Shown here in pieces: positions 36,231 to 51,600 of a stretch of 64,000 bases of DNA; positions within the stretch are counted from its first letter, which is position 1, and every line of letters starts with the position of its first letter. Where the stretch lies: NCBI GenBank assembly GCA_002633005.1, contig NMRA01000149.1, forward strand, positions 316,192 through 380,191, given 5' to 3'. Origin of the DNA: Phoronis australis. Taxonomy: Eukaryota; Animalia; Phoronida. The translations under genes and the position numbers were made by a program. The notes beneath the pieces are model-generated. The model searched no databases and was not told the DNA's origin. It was given only the letters and a program-made list of their open reading frames with translations.

Positions 36231-39200
36231 GCAGTTTAAAGGTACATGCACCAAATATTTCAAAATATACTTGACTAACTTCAACAGAAGTCTCCAAAAC
36301 TTTGCCAAATTTGGATAAAATTCTTTCCGGAATAATTTGTTCAGACTTTCCTGTGGGTCTCAGTTATCGGCGTGCAGCTAGTTGCGTCGGCCACGGGCTA
36401 AGTTTCATACGCCTTGTGTAAGTTGTCTTTCTGTTCAAACGAAGAACGATAGTGATAAAAATGACGAATTTTGTCGTGTCAAGGCGGCCACATAATCGGC
36501 GTTGTGTTAGCTTTGCCTGTTGGTCTTTTGTTTGATATTTGTGACCCGTACATCAATAGCTTAGACCTACTGTCGGTCTAGTATGCTGTTGTTTGTATCG
36601 ATCACAGACATTTAAAAATGCAAATTGGACCCGTTGACCTGCACTGTTGTGTTAGAATCTAAATCCAATACATAATATTCCCGTGGCAAATTAACTGCCA
36701 TTTCACGAGAACACCAAAAGTTTGACTCTAGGGTCACCGACTCAGATCTTGAAAAAATTGTGTGTACATACATCATGGTGGGATATGTTCAAAGTACTTA
36801 TTTGAATTTTTTGGGCCATTATTTTTAAGTTAGAGCATCATGAATACTTTGGCCCAAAATAGCTCATTTTTGGTTCAAAAAGGCTCAGTTAGTGAAGTTG
36901 CTTTAAAACGGCTGAAAAGAATGGGGGGCAAAATATTTATATGTTTTTGTAGACATTGAATCTCTCTATCGGTCTTTGAATTTTCAAAGAGGTTTCGGTT
37001 AAGCTTCAATGGAGTGCCAAAATCCGGTAAATTTTGCCCAATTTTGACTTTAAGCCATTTTAAGGTACTGTGGGGGCGGGTTTACGGGGAGCTGATGATT
37101 TCCAATGATATTTTTCATCAGTTTGCTGTCTGACGAAGAAAATAAAATAAAAAATATGGGCTTTTTGTTTGTTTTCAAGCAATAAGTCGATAGAAAAGAC
37201 ATACCATCGCGTATTTTACGTTGCCTGACTATGGGCAGTATACAGCTGTATCTCGTAAACCTCATAAATGGTCTTCATTAATTTTTACAAATATGTTTCT
37301 ATGGTGATCAAATCAGTCGACGCTAATTTTAGATACTTTAACTAGTGCTGGCCTCCTGGTGGCAGTTTCTATAACTGGATTTCTTCGGTGAAATTTCATG
37401 AAATTAAGTCAAAACGTTTCCATCTCGGAAAGAATGTCACATGCATGTTTGAGAACGACGCGTCAGTATTAATCCAGTTCTGTTACGATATTTTGTTTTC
37501 TGTCCACTGTTGTACCTGAGGATGACTCTTGATTAATATCGAAACGTCGTTTACATGCTGCACTCTAGCTTCGTTTTTGTTTTGCACGACTTACTTCTAA
37601 TTTAGCCAAAAGCTAATATTATTCACATGCATGTTTTCGAATGAGTCTACCCTGTGCTACCCCCCCCCCCCNCTGGGGTCCTGGAAACGTCCACCTTATT
37701 ACCTGATAATTGTTACATACAATACATAAAATCATTTTAATCTGAGTTTTGTCATTTTTACAGGTAGCTAATTCTTTAACTGATTCGACCCTAATCTGGT
37801 TTTGTCACTTGTTGTCACACTTCTACGAGAGATAAAAATGACATCTCTTAACAATATTGGACGCACGGGTTTCAAAATTTTCGTTGTAGGTAAGGCTTAC
37901 ACCCAGCAAAATGACCCCAGTACAAATTAATACGCAAAGTAAAATGATCATAACAGCGTTTTGCCACAGTAAGTAGCTTGGAATGTTCTTTGGAAATTTT
38001 CAGCAATACAGGGTGAAGCAAGCTCATTTGAAGTATGAAAGTAAACATGCATAATTGTTACCATGGCAACTGAGTACCATAAAAGTTTTCGTCCTTAAAC
38101 CAGAAAATGACTAGCATCATAATAAATAATATGAAGCTATGACACCGAAGGATTCGAGATTCGCCATAAGCTTCACACTTCATAATCCAAATGTAAACCA
38201 TCTCTGTAAATCAAGTAAGAGTTTTACATTTTGTTGCTTTGATATATCTTGAAGTAGAAAATGACTAGTTACAAAACATGAATCAAAAGCACATTTTGTA
38301 CATAATTTAGAAAAATATGTGTCTTGCTATGACACATAATCATACCTTGAACAGAATTTGATTTTCAAACAAGAAAAGATTTCAGGACAATTTCAACAGA
38401 ATTTAGCAAACTGGCTCGTAAAAGCACTTGAGTGACCCCAACTTTCACTACAAAAAAGTACCTACGGATTTACCTCCTCTGTCACGTGATGAATGAAGTG
38501 AAATCATCAATATCAATTTTATTTGGTAGTCCTCCCGTACCACTTCCTAATACAATTATGTGTTATCTCTCATTAGATGCAATCTACCTGTTTTTATATT
38601 GGAAAATTGCTGTCTTCGGTATGCAAAAACGTGTCATTTTCTTCGTAAACCTTTGAAGGCCTATAGGTAAAAAGCTAAGAGGTCAATAAGTGCAAAATTG
38701 GTGATTTTTGTTGCAGAACCACACCATGATCACATACACAGAGTTTAAGCTGAATCTGGAAGATGACCCCCAGTGGGATTTTTTTCATTTCTTTTGTTAT
38801 TCCGTGGAATGGCTCTTAAAAACGGGTGACTTCCTACACAACGTTAGGTTTGAAGTTTTCTTTAATAAACACGTCTTTCTATTAGTTAGATTTTTATTTG
38901 TCAATAATTATTTCGCATTCAGCAAACACGGTGCGTTAAAATTGTGGTTATATGGTAGTCCTTTTGAGAGTGAAATCGCGATCCCAAAATATGTCTTGCC
39001 AATGAAATAAACAAAATTTTACATCAAAATATATTGCATACTTATTTTAGAAAAATGCATCAGATTTCCAAAATACGCAGTTACCGAAAATGCGTTCATG
39101 GGTGGACTTATTTGTGGAAGTTCGCGGTACGAAAATACTGGATTATCGAACCGAGTATATATTTCCGGCTCTATCCGCTGTGTGCGAGATATTTATTTTT

Positions 39201-39604
39201 TGACAGGCTAAGTGTCAAAACGTCCGAAGACTAAATTCACAGATTTTGTCAAAAAAGAAGTTTCAAGAAACATACATCTAAATTTCATAGTTGTGTGTTG
39301 TCTTTGATTTTAAAAAACCAAATGTCCTTGCCAAAAAGTCTATGGCTAAACTTTTTTCTGACGTACTCGGATCTGACGCCTCTCTGCAGTTTCCCCCTAC
39401 TAACATTGAACTATGACCTCATTTCAATGTCAATCAGGTTGAGCGCATGCGTATAATGGTTATGCGTATGGCCGTTTGAACTAAATTTACTACGAGCATA
39501 CTGTGCATGGTAGAGACGTTTACGTTGCCTTTCAACAGATTATTTTCCCGAAGTGTGTCATGTAACGATATTCAAACGAAAGAAGATTCACCCAGGTTTC
39601 AACT

Positions 39605-42600
39605 ATGGCAGGAAACAGACGTGACGACGAACGTCAGCGACTGATAGCACAAATTCAAGAATGGAATGCGAACCGGTTGGACTTGTTCGAAATCAACCTC
39701 CCTGGAGAGGTATTTATGACATTCGTTTAGCCACGCCTCCTTTTGTTTAATCGATAATGATTACTCTCAATATTTAATTTAGTCATATTTGTGTAATAAC
39801 TGCCCACCAATAGGTACTTAACGTCTTGTTACAAGCCATTGCTCACTGCAATGAGTATCATGTTTTTTCAGAAGGAAATTTGTAATTCCAATATGGCCGC
39901 CCCCTATCTTCAGTAGTCGAAACAATTTTCTTACTGGTTTGTGGTTATTACCGTGTCTGTATTCCAATTTTTGTCCCATCTAAGTAAAAATCCCATGACT
40001 GTTGTATTCAAAATTTCAAATCGAAGTTGGAGAATGTATAAACTACAGAAGTGATTACTTATACTATGAGTGAGGCACCTGTCATTTTAACTCGGATCAT
40101 ATGACTGTTTACTGTTCACTGACTGATCAGTTCATAGTCAGACACATTTCACACATTCTTTTTAACTTAGTCATGTGTTGTATTTTGGGATTCACCTCTG
40201 TTTAGTAATTACTTTCAACCTGGAATCCACAACCTGAGTGAATTCTGCTGAGTTAAACACTACAGTCCATTTAAGTACTGTAGTTACAACTTTGATCCTC
40301 CTGTCTGCGGAGTCGTATTTGTAGAACAAGTCATGTGAGGAAAATCTTTTGCCCTAAATCTCCTTTTGAGACTGTTCACTATTATCGCTGTGTTCATGAG
40401 TGCATAAAATGAATATTCTTCCCTTTCCCACTCCCAGTGGGTACAAAATGTTCATATTTGTGAGGATTTATTTACAGGAAATGTAATGAAATAATCAACC
40501 CTATTATTCTTTGACTGGAACAGTCAGTTGTCTTTTTAATAGCTCATATACATGCAGTTTACACATAATTTACCTTTAAACTGCATGTGAGAACTGTTAC
40601 GAAATTCCATGGATGTTACTGCCAAAATATCATTTAATGATTTTCAAGTATTTAGTTTTTTTCTTTTCTCAAATCTGTGCCAACAGCTTGGCCATCGCTT
40701 TTCTATATGTATGAAAATGGTGGTTGTTGTGAATTGTCTATTGCTCTTGTTCGTATTATAGGCTGAAGTTCCTATCCAGGCTCAGTACTTCACATTGAAT
40801 GTAGTTTTAAACACATTTTTATTGACTTGGACAAGATTGGGTAAATAATCCTATTGATTTCTTCCTATCATATGTAGTGGCCAGCGAATTTCTTAGCTTA
40901 ACTGAAAATCTTTTGATAGATGTAGAAAGTGAAGTAGTCATGGATTGATCTACTTAATAAGTTTTCATCAACTTATGATATGTTGTTAAGTCTAGGTAGA
41001 CAATCTGAAAATCATTGAGACACAAGTCAATAGCCTTGTCCCTGAGTGAACTTATTTCTGATGCTCAGAAAAGATGAATCGTGGTGCCAGACACAAACTA
41101 GTAATCTCATCCGGAAATGCGCCATGTAGGACTTATGTCATCTCCACTGAGAAAATCTTATCTCTTGCGTCTGTATCGTAGCCGTTTGCACACTGGAGGC
41201 AAAAACTCTGCAATATGCATGATACGATTGATGTATGCAACAGTGCCCATGAAATACCTACATGACATGAAAAATGACTGATTGATAGTTGATACACAGC
41301 TTTGTGGTTGAAGTGGCATGGCGGTTTTTAAGTTATGTAGTTGTTTGATTTTGTGTTATTTTACTGAATGAGACATGGAGGTAATATATCTATATAGCCA
41401 TGGGTCACACTCTCCCAGTCCTAGTTTTCACCATCTGGGTCAAGCCATGGACTGCTACATGGTTTCTTGATTCATGCCACTGAATCTTAACTGCCAAACT
41501 TGCTAATATAATTGCAGAACTTGTATTTGACTTATATACATGCTAAGTAGATAAAAAAGACTTCATAAAACAGGGTTTACTGCAAATCTCACTTTCATGC
41601 CAACTGATAATAAATTCTTGTTTGCTCAATTTTTTTTCTATATTACTGATTGCAAACTCTGAGCAGTTCTCATTTGTTAACTGTGTCGCGGTTCTAAATA
41701 GGAATTGTTATGAATTGTGAACTCCTATATCCATCTTAAGCCATCACAACAATTTACAACACAGAGGTTGAGTGAGAATAGTGAGAGATGTCACTTGATT
41801 TTGACTGATTTGCAATTAGGGTGCAAGATTGGATAATTTGTTTGTTAGTCTTGTCTAATAATGGCTGAGCTATAGTGGATCTGTATGGTCTCCCCAAAAT
41901 GACCATTCTTGCACCTTATTGACATATAAACATCCCTTCACAGAGCATGTCACTGAACAGTCTTGGAAGTTAAAAATGAGGAGTGAATGGTTCAGTTTAG
42001 TACTTAAATAGGTCAATTTATTGTGAATGGTCTTTTTCAGTAGCCATTCAGTGGTTGTGTGTGCTGACAATGCCAGTTTTATTGGTTTTATTAACTGCAT
42101 GGGGCTAGGTAACAGGTGTTCACTGCTTTGCTAATTGAAATCATGTCTCTGTGGAGATGGAGGTTTGCCTCAACTCAGCTCAGGATCTCTTAAGGATAAC
42201 CTGTTCCCAATCAGCTGAGCAACAAGCGTGTCACCATTGTTAGGTGATAGGCTTTCCAATGCCTCTAAAGGGAAAAGTCACTTTGCACTTATGTCATGAT
42301 TTAGAAGTGCAACATTCCCCAAATGCTGATAATTTTACTTAAATACCAATTTTACTCAGGGAATAATCTAGACTTTGAAAGTTGGGGGTCCAAATTGGAG
42401 GTGATTCTGTACGAGGCCACCCTGATGCAACAGGACTTGGAGGTATTCCACCTGAAAAACATGCCAGCATTTGCCTATGGTCAGTGAGACATTTATATGG
42501 TAATCATCGATGGTAATAGTCTGTGACCTTGATTTATGCATGAATATTTATTGCATTAAAACAACAGATTGTAGGTGTCAGTCAGAAATGGTATAATTCA

Positions 42601-45600
42601 CTGTTTAACTGTTTCTCATTGAGGTTGCCTTGAAACAGGCTGTCTTTTCTCTGTTGGCCTTCCCATAAAAGCCATAAGTTTTTCAAACTGACCGTCTCGA
42701 TGATATGTCCCTGCTTCTAACCTTTTGCGTTGGCCTTGCCATAAAAGCCATCGTTTTTTCAAACTGATCGTCCTGATGATGAGTCCCTGCTTCTAACCTT
42801 TTGCTCCCAAACAGCCCCCCCCCCAGAGTTGAAACTGTCAATGTCTGTAGGAGAATTACCAGTTCTTACAGAAACTATTGGATAAAAGTATAGAAAGTTA
42901 AAAATTTAATCTGTTGATACTTTCTTCAATTCTTAGACTCACCATCAATTGCTTGACATTCACAGTTGCAGCTGCTTCCTCTTTTGTTCCCATGAATGGC
43001 CAAGTGTGAATAGGTCATTGGGTTCTTAACATTCAAAACATTCTTGACCTAGTTATGTAAAACTGAATCTCATTTTAGATCTGAGGCATGAGTGTATTTT
43101 GAAGAAAGTGACATGTTCTGTGAAGAATTCACCTTTCTATCTTGAGAACTGATCTGGAGAATGTAGCATCAACTATCTATTATATAAAATGCATCGTTTG
43201 CACAAACTCCGTCTCCCCCTCTCCACTACGGACCTTCGTTTGCGCCCGTTTCGGCACCACCTTGGTCCCAGGTATTGCATCGGCCACCTATTTGGATTCG
43301 AGGTGTCCTATTTTTGTCTCGTGGGCCGTTTTTTCGAGGATGTGGAGGGAGGGTGGCCAGTTTTGTACTGGCCTTGGTGACGTCAGTTCGTCAGCTTAAT
43401 GGCCTGGGTGACGTCACTCCGTCGGATTAATTTCACTCCCTCCGGCTTCTGTCGCGTATATAATTCATTGGGCCTGTCGCCGCCAAAATTAATGATGCCT
43501 CGTTAAAAAATTATTACTCTTCCTTGAGTAAACTAAATTATTTACGCTGGTGTTGGAAAATTGGCGTTCTTCAGTTACCGGTATGCTACTGCTAAATTTG
43601 CGATGCGCTCTTTGGCGCCATTGCAACACCTATTGGCCAATTTCCATGTTATTCAATCAAATGTGAGGTTGCGTACATGTCATAACAATCGCAAGTGGTT
43701 TCATTTCAGTACAAGTTTTTGCTATTTCTATTATCAGAAAACCCAATTCCAGAAAAACTCGAGAGATATCACAAATTTTTTCGGAAATGGCGTGTACGTG
43801 CGCGTGTCACAAGTATGCACTGTTTTCAAAATGACCACAGATTTTCCTTTGTTACAAAAGGCGGAGAATTACGAAAAAAACATTTATTAGATTGTCTTTT
43901 TACTTCTATGAACAGCTGTAATGGGCAAGGTGAATGTCGGTTCATTCCCAGATTCTGCATGCGCCCCTGTAGGTTGTTAACTTTACGACGAGGTTACAAG
44001 ATGAGCACCGGGGTCGTGTGAAATTTCGGTGTTTAACGGAGCTCTACACACAGCTACCTAGCTATATGTTGATGTTAGTTTTCATACAGCTAGCTGGCTT
44101 TCTACCTGTCAGTACGTACATTGATGATACATTTTTTGTAAATTCATAAATATATTTTGAGTACTATACAGTATTTGAAATGCATTCTTAGTTTTCACTT
44201 TAAAGAATATCTGATTACTGTACTTTGTGTTACGGCAGGGTCAAATGTTCTGGAAAGAAATTTGTACTGCCTAGGGAAAGAATCCCGCAGCCGCACACCT
44301 TGCCTACTAAAACCAGTGACAGTGACTGAAAAAGGTTTGAATAAGGCTTTTCTAGAAGTATTCCCGTCTCTTGCAATGAACATTAATGTTCACTCCTAGG
44401 AGTATCCACATGTATTTCCCTCGGCGTTTCCCACTAGCTGCTACCCGGCTGATGTTATAATAATCTAGGTTTGCACTGACAACGTTTTACGGTGTTCATG
44501 CACAGAAGCCTAAGAATGTACATCCTGTTGGACCAACTTTTTTGTATGGTGTCTACTATTGGAAATCTCAGAGCATTGTTACAGATGTAGATTTTTGTTT
44601 ATTTATAATGGGAGAAATGGAAAGCAGCAGGGCTGGGTTTAGCAAACTATCTGTCCAATGTACTGTAGTGATTCTTTGTGTGTCTCTCAGCATTGGTATC
44701 AATGTAGTGATAGTGATGCAGATGTTGCCAATTGGATACCCATGCTCTTCAGTACCACCAATCCCAAATTTTTAGAAAGTGTTCCTGAACATATTAGGTA
44801 CAGCTTTTCGGTTCCAGAAGTGATCTTTATTTAATATTATCATCATTTAAATGGAACCCAGGAATATACATCGTCTCATTAGTGAGAAACTGTTTGCATC
44901 TGCTATGTTAGTGAATTAGTATATGGTGCTTGACTTCTGGTGTGCTTAGATCAAGTGATTCCCAGTTTGTAGTTGTGCAACTATGTTGTTCATCAATCAA
45001 AATTATTATCAGTTGATGCAAGTAAGGATTAAGTTTTGTTGTTAGTATGGCCTTTATGTTTGTATTGTGTGAAACCTGCCACCTTTCAACTTGACCTCTC
45101 CTAATACTGAGGTGATAACTTGTCAGTTGCCACTGTGAATTTTATGGTGATACTTGACAATCTCCCAAAGTATACAGATGGGGACCCAGCATTTTGTATA
45201 GTAAACACAGCTCTTGATTTTTGGTCCTTTTTTGCTTAACTACGTTTGCCTGGGTCAAAAGAAACCGCATGAAAAATACAAAGACACATTTTTCCTAATT
45301 TTCACATTAATTGTGATGTACCAGATTTTACAAATGTGTGGTCATTCATCAATAGCAGTGCGGTTCAGGCTTTTGTTGCTGTTTGTCAAATATTTTGCTT
45401 GTTACCCATCTTCAAGTATATTTTGCATTTCTGTATTTCAAGCACCGAGTAAGTTATTCAAGTGTTTATTGCCATCCAAGTATCGGTACCGAAACTAATT
45501 TCACCGTGCCTCGAGCTAGGGTGAATTCCCTATTTCCCGTTCCGTAGACCTAAAACATGTAGGTGGAGCTAGTGTAATCACTTTGTTTCAGTTGTAAGGC

Positions 45601-48600
45601 GTAGCAGAGTTGTGTGATCTCGGTTTTCTCCTAAGAAACTTGGTTTACTTACGGGAACAGTCAAGTTAAACATCAAGTGAAGTGTTGCCCTTCTCAAATT
45701 ATTTGTGAATATCTCCAGGGGAAAGCAAATCCCTACTAATCAATTGGTTTTTCTTGCCCATAGAGTAAATTGACCAAACATCGCTAATACAAATGTCAAC
45801 AATTATCACAGTGCTGCTGTGATATGGTGATATGGTAAAATCTCTGGAGCGCAGTTTGTGGGACAAGACAAATTTAATTTTCCATTTGTTTCATAAAAGA
45901 TTAGTTGCACCGAATAAATGTTTTGCCACTTGTTACAGTGTGTGCCATAACGACCTTCAGACAATCTTTAGAGAAATTGTGGGTGTTCACAACAATGTTA
46001 AAAAGCCTTTGAAAAAATGAAAAAAAGGTCAATATGGTGAATGATTTCGTTTGAAAGTGATAAGGTATTACCTAATTACGGTATGTGGCTGATACAGTCT
46101 CTAGGTTGAAGAGGAGCTGAGCTGCCAATTTGAACATTGGCACAGCCAGGATGTGTATTTGTTGAGTGATAAGGTAAAAACTCACTAATTCCAAATAAAA
46201 TAATAACCAAAATAGCTCTTTCTTCATTTTTCAAGGGCTTCTAATATTACTGTGAATGGTAACAATATTTTGAATCTCTTAGTTGCTATGGCACAGAACT
46301 TGAATAGGAGAAAGCATCATTTTGGCACCATGTATCATTTAAGAAAGAATAAGAAAGTAAAATTTCGCCTCATATTTTGTCCTAAATTGGTGGGAGTTTA
46401 CCACACTTCATTTCCTGTTACTGAGTTAGTTTCCTCATTCTTGGTTTCTTTCTGGTTTACACTTAACAGCTTTAGGCATTGTATTAAAGTTAAAAATCCA
46501 AAAGTATTGTCACTTGTCAGCCTTCTTGGTCAGGAACCCCATAGCTTGTTGTTTTTGCTGTGAATGTCAGGATGTAAAACTTTATTAGAACTCTGTTTCT
46601 TTTCTCGATACCTGTTGTTCTTAATATGTAATGTTTTTGATTGTAAGCCATCAATCTCCATCAGAATAAAAAGCTTTGCAATTATTGTTGGATAGATTGC
46701 AGCAGACATTGCATCAAAAATTAGCTAAAATACTATTTATAGGTATGAATATAGATGGTGCAGCTGAATTGTAATTGTGGACACGAAACTTTAAAGCTTA
46801 GCTTTTTCTAATTGAAGAATGTTGCACACACTTTTTACTGGAATTTATGCCACAAGCACTGCTGTTCTGGGTAATTAGAATAGTGTCCTTTCACTAACAA
46901 CTGTCAAACCATAAAACGTTAAATTTCTGATTCTAGGATTTACTCCTGTCTGTTACAACACTGTCGTATGACCAAGACATTGTTGTCACCTGACCTGGGA
47001 TTTTATATAAAAATGTGGGTTTTATTTACTTTGCATGAATGGGAAACTTCTAACCCCTTCATAAACTTCAGGTACTTTATATTCATTCTAGAATTGTGTT
47101 TTTTAAGTATTCCCAGTCTTTATAGAGTCCCTTTATCTCAAAATTATGTTCAGTGTTTGGTTCTTTCCTGAAACAATGCCATTATGGATTACTATACGAG
47201 TAATGGCATATTTGGCTCACAAAAACTGACGACCTAAATAAAAACTGCCGGATTGTTAGCTGGGTGTCCGTACGAGTGAGTCCAATTTTCTACTCGTATT
47301 TTATGTTTTCTACACGTACTTTTGAGTGTTCACTTGCTTATGCTGAGCCGTGCTGCCGTGGCAAGCTGTCCACTATGTAACTTGTTGAGATCTCTCCCCA
47401 AACTACACACTGCACAGTATTTTAAAAGTGGAATTCTTAGGTCTTGGTTGTGGAACCATGCACTTTGATGCTGTCTTGCTAAGACCTCATTTTTGTTTCA
47501 TGATGGTGATGTAGAAAGTTTATCAAAACATTGGCAACTGTAACTATAGCAATTTTTTTCTTCTCGTTATTATACACTGTCAACTTGAAGTCACCAACAC
47601 TCTCTGTCTTCACCCTATCGCAGGATATGGAATTTTTTGGCGTCATGCGGTTCTTCTACCAGGACTCAGTGGCTAAGGTGATCACAAAGTGCGTACGCGT
47701 CTCAAGCACAGCTAACACACGTGATGTTCTGGACACACTCATTGAAAAATTCCGGCCAGACATGAGAATGTTAACGATGCCGGATTATGCGCTCTATGAG
47801 GTTCACCTAAAAGGTTTGTTGACACACAAGTAACTTGTTCATTTCAAATTTCTCAAGTTTTTCACCTTTGTGAGTTGGGCCAATCCTAAGTTATTGTACA
47901 GACAGATTTTCAATTTTTGGTGGACAAAAATTGTCTACTAAAAATACTGAAGTCCGGGGATTTCATGCAGAGTGCTGCTGTTGTTTTCAAATGCATTGTG
48001 GGTTGGTAGTTGGCTTGTAAACATCTGGTGACATCAAAGGTAACTTGTTGATGTGTACAGTTAACTTAATTAGTAATTTGCCTTTTAAGTGGTGAGATCT
48101 GACGTCAGTGTGATCAGATGACATGTGTCTCAAAACTCTTATGCACTAAATTTTTTTAATCTAGGTATATTTTTGATGTGTTTTGAGGATCATTTTCAAT
48201 CTTATTTTTTTGTGACAGTTGCTTTGTTGTACTGTCACCAAAATTGGACTGCGTGTTACAGTGGATCGTGCTTTCAGTTCTGGTTGCGTGCGTGTGATGT
48301 TTTGTGTCATGTTGTGTACAAGTCACCAGGTTACTTGTGATGTCACCGGATGTTAACGAGTCAATAATCGTCCCATTTTGCAGTTGAACAACCTCAGCAG
48401 TGCCTTAGATGAAGTCCCCTTAAATTGCCTGAATAAGTTAATATTTGTGATTCTTGGATCATTTCAAGTTAATTCTCTAATGTTCACTTGCTCAGCTGTC
48501 ATATACACAGTCTTTCAGATTTTATGTCCTCTGCAATTGCTTGGATTGTCAAGTGAAATGGCCCTACACTGGCTTGCAGTTTCAAGCTCTGGGTCAATGT

Positions 48601-51600
48601 AACCCAACTGATAAATGTTTTACTGAGGAAAAAACTGTTAGTTGCCAAAAGCACACAAGGGGTGTAATTATATCCCTCCTATTATAAACAAACCAGCCTT
48701 GACCTGGAGATGGTATGCTCTGTCTGCTGTTTATGCCTGTGGGAAAACCTCACTTATCACATGTGCTTTCTCCTCTGACAGAATTTTTTCCCAATGCCAG
48801 TGATTCTTATCAATAAGGCATCTGCAGCAAGTTTAATTAAGGTGCTGAAATTTCAATTTCTCTGATATTGTCATCAGTGAATACAGTGTCTTCAGAAGAT
48901 AAAATAAACGGTCCTGTCAGGAGAGGAGTTTGCTTTTTGCAGGCATGTTTCCATCTTTTGCAAAGTCGCAGCTGTGATATTTTTATGCATTAGGAAGTAA
49001 TTTAAAGATGCATAGTCTCATTAAATTGTGAATATGCGAACGAAGTACTAATTTACAAACAATCCCAGATCCTCCAGTGTGCCGGAGACCATCCGAGAAC
49101 CAGTTACCATTATAATCTCGCGAAAGTCTCGTTTAGCGAGACAATTTTTATGTAAATAATTACGGTAATATTTCATCGTTACCCTAATGAAACAAGGCAC
49201 AGTTTTTATTATTTGTTTATTTCATTATCAACTAACGATTTAGTAATATTTGGAATTATTAATATGTTCAAACTTGTTTTTTTGTGTATCAGTTGTAGTG
49301 TTTTCTTTCAAACTGTTATTTATTTACAAATTGTTTTTTGTTCCTGATTATACTTGTACACACAGTTCTTCAGGAAGTCACTAGGTGGCACTTGCTACAA
49401 ATATAGATATTCAGTTTTAATGAGACTTGGCATCTTTAAGGAAAAATTTACAAACCAAATTTTCTAGTCTACTTTAACAAAGGTTTGCCTGTTAAGTGTG
49501 TCTTGCATAAAAATTTATTTTGTTTTAAGGTTATCTCAAACCTTATTAATTTTAATGGCCTCTATTCTAACTCCTATATCTAAAAACTAGGCTATATGTA
49601 TGTACCATTATTATTTTTACGTTAACACCTTTTTAAGCCAAAATTTCATTTTTAAGAAAAACACATAGCAAAATAGCCCCTTGGTCAATTTTAACGAATC
49701 CTTTTTTATATGAAAACTTGACCAGTTACCTCAAAAATGCTGTTGGAAATTGTTGATTAGTCTTTTTTGTTTGGTTTCTATGACAAAGGAACTTGCAAAG
49801 CGACAGGTATTTTTGTACAAAATAGCAGTCATATTCATCTTATTACATTACGCAAAAACTAGGCCTTTATTTTGAAATTCATAACAGCATTTTTGAGGTT
49901 GATGAAGTTTGAAAAGTTTCAGCAAAATCTACTGAACCGTTTCGAGAACTCGTATTCCTAATTTCAAATTAAGTCGATTTGCTGAAGCCGAGAAAAAGCC
50001 GATTAAATCGTGAGTGGTGAAAGTCTCAAGGTCTTCGGTTAATTATTCGGTGAAAACTTGTTTTCGGTCAATAAAACCTATACACCCCTTAGCTGCTTTC
50101 GTTATTTCAGCGTTCATGCGCAGTGTCATCTGAATTTGCAGTGCGTAATTAACTTAATTATCACAAAAACATTTAAACCAAGTTGATATCCAATGCATCG
50201 AATCCGACTAGGTCTTGGGCAGAGCCAGCATATTAAGTGGGTCAAGCTGGTGCATTGTGTAAAGTAGGTCAACAGTTCATTATTAGGCACACCACGCGCT
50301 GGGAGACTGATATGAAACCCAATTGAAATGTATACAGAAATGATGTTGGTGGTTAAAGCACGTCGTGAGCATGAGATCAAAACAGCGAAATGTCAAATCA
50401 CCCAAATTAAGGAATTGGGGTGAAGATTTATATCTTTTCACAAGTTGCTGTGTTCGTGAACACATAGACACAGAGGTGTGAGGGCCATGAGGCGACTCGT
50501 AGCATTCTTTCTCAGTCGTATGCATGGAGACACAAATCTTTCAGGATCAAGCTACGTTTTGCCTTCGTTTTACCCGCTATCTTTTGATCATATGTACACA
50601 TCGTCGATCGTTGACGTGATTTTATGTTGACTCGATGAATGAAAGGACTGAGGGTACATACGGAGCTACTCTGTGCCTGACGGGAGATTCGATTTCAGAG
50701 TGATAGCTTCGTAACCTTTGACCTTGGATAAGTTGTTAAATCTCCATACAGTTGTGCAGTTCCAAGGTGGTTTTGCAAAATCTTTTTTCTCACTTCACTG
50801 TATATATTCCGTATTTGAAGTTCCCTGAGAATGAAGATAATTTATTTTCCTAGACACACATGAAATATTGTAAAAATGGCCATTTTTGTGAATATAAATG
50901 TTATGAAAATTGGCCAGTGCTAGTTGGAAGATTCCTAATATGATTTCCTCACTGTGTTCTGTTGCTGGCAGCTCTTCGTAGTACTGTCTTGCAATTTTGT
51001 GATTTCTTCAAAAAGAAAGAGAATTGATAAGGTCTTTCATGTAACTCTAAGCTGCTAGGTACAAGTGCATGTTTGATTTTGTATCTTGTGTTCATGCAAA
51101 CTGAATATCACTGTGCTGGGGACTATTCAAATTGAGTTTTTTCATTTGAAATAAAATTCTGTGTGCATGGATGTTATGGATAGGGCACTCCCACAAGCCT
51201 GCAGCTGAAGAAGGAGTGAATGGAGGCCTGTGGGTTAGTATATTTGTACCACTCATCAAACAAGCTTCAGAGAAATGGATATTTTGATATGTGATCTAGG
51301 AACTTTATCCTGTACTTTACATTTTCTAAAGTGTAGTCAGCTGTGGAATTTATTTTCTGTTTGTTGCAGAGGAGCGGCGCCTAGGTGACGATGAATACCC
51401 CCTACTGGTACAGCTGAACTGGGGGCAAGACGACAGAGAGGGTCGCTTCTTACTAAAACGGGTAGATGATCCCAAGATCAAGGTACTATACAAACTCAAG
51501 TTAGGTTGTCATTACATTTCAACCATGGCTGTGCTTGAAACCTCAAAATCTCCATTATCTCCCATGTTTGTTTCTTGGTGTGAACTATGGCCTGTCACAC

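Noticed and set aside
36700-39250. AT-rich blocks resembling non-autonomous DNA transposon interiors (also ~49440-50870)
   Set aside because: Could not define matching TIRs/TSDs or a second copy from the sequence alone.
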